64,000 bases of DNA from assembly GCF_006345805.1 (NCBI RefSeq), contig NW_021824840.1, positions 20,240 through 84,239 on the forward strand, written 5' to 3'. The notes beneath the pieces were generated by a model. It was not told the DNA's origin. It saw nothing but the letters and a program-made list of their open reading frames with translations, and did no database searches. Origin of the DNA: Octopus sinensis. Lineage: Eukaryota. Below are positions 62,778 through 64,000 of this stretch, in pieces (position 1 is the stretch's first letter; every line of letters begins with the position of its first letter). A program made the translations under genes and the position numbers.

Positions 62778-64000
62778 ATCTATCTATCTAGCTATTTCTA
62801 TCTCTCTAGTTATTATCTCACTATCTCCCCGTTCTCTCTCTCTCTCCCTCTCGCATTCTATCTTTCTCTTATAGCCTACAATCTGGGTAAAACGCATTAA
62901 AAGTTACCGATTTCCTCAAAGTCATGACACTGGAAAGTCTGGGAGCGGTGATGTGACTTTGAAAGTGAAGCGGCTAAACATTTTTAAAAGGGGGGTAAGG
63001 CGGCAAGCCAGTGCACAAACTGTCTAAAAAGACAGCTCCAGTTGTGATTTGATGTTTACTTTGAATTAGCAGACAACAGCTAGACTCGAGTAACAGGCAA
63101 TCGCATAAGTTGATCACAGAAAATACAACAACATGGCGGAAACAGCGACACACATTTTCTTTTTATTCTTATTCTTATTTAATTCCTAACTACTTTACTT
63201 CCGTATTGAGTGAGAATAAAAGAAATAACAATAATAATAAAAATAACAAAGGTGAGACTAGAAAATACAACCAGAAAAATTCGTGTTTATTTACTTAATA
63301 AATTTGCTCCTATATGCTCCTTTACATCTCCATTTCCTTTACATTTTTCTTTTGTTATTTTTATATACGTTCTCTCCTACTGATATTTCGTTATATCTAA
63401 GGGTCAATCCTTGAGTGGGACTCATTATGCTCATTAATATGTAGGCTCCTTTTTTTATTATCTGGCTCCTTTTTTTAATCCAGTAATGGCAACTGTGAAA
63501 ACACTGGACAAACAATATTTTGAGATCAACATCAAAGTAGGAAACTTGCCGTTATAGACGAGACGTGACGGAATGATCAGCCATTTAATGGTTTTTCCTA
63601 ATTAGCCAACTCCGTTATAATAACAGGTTCATGGGGTGAAATGCTGAACAAAATACACTGTAGTCTAGTTACAGCCTCTTTTATGCTCCGAGTTCAAATT
63701 TCGCCTACAATGCTTTCTGTTTCATGCTTCTAAAAGATCGATAAGAAAAAAATATACAGGTCAAGTAAGTACTGGCAATCGATAAAATCGACTGTACCTC
63801 ACTGAAAAAATATCCGATGGAGCAGAAATAAACTGGGGAGTACTTGTCCTCTGACGAACCGTAAAACATATCAGTACATTCACCTTATTTTCCTGCGTAC
63901 GAAGAGAATAACAAAACCTATTTGTACCTTTTTTAAAATACCATAGCAAAAGGCATTAAACATATAGTTCAACTGCCATATATAGTTGTATGCGGTGTGT

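Overview
AT-rich eukaryotic, repeat-dominated window with no confidently identifiable host gene; it looks intergenic or deep-intronic. The microsatellite load and SINE types suggest a cephalopod (Octopus-like) genome, which is an inference. Most ORFs in the track are microsatellite translations or SINE by-products. Supported content: (1) three abundant tRNA-headed SINE families, here called A, B and C, plus head/tail-shuffled variants, with clear TSDs on family B; (2) four short non-autonomous Helitrons (A|TC...hairpin-CTAG|T) and two decayed Helitron PIF1-helicase fragments; (3) decayed RTE-clade and R4/Dong-like (RLE) LINE fragments; (4) Tigger/pogo, mariner and hAT-type DNA transposon remnants; (5) many local direct and inverted duplications. 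The most interesting signal is a set of type I hammerhead ribozyme motifs in several unrelated short repeats: one canonical and apparently intact (47986-48084), one with a G3-C8 compensatory core swap (6815-6864), a two-copy family with U at core position 6 (38103-38140, 60608-60645), and several decayed ones. These are probably Penelope-like or retrozyme-type relics. All calls were made by eye; coordinates of decayed elements are approximate, and homopolymer/microsatellite indels may partly be sequencing errors.
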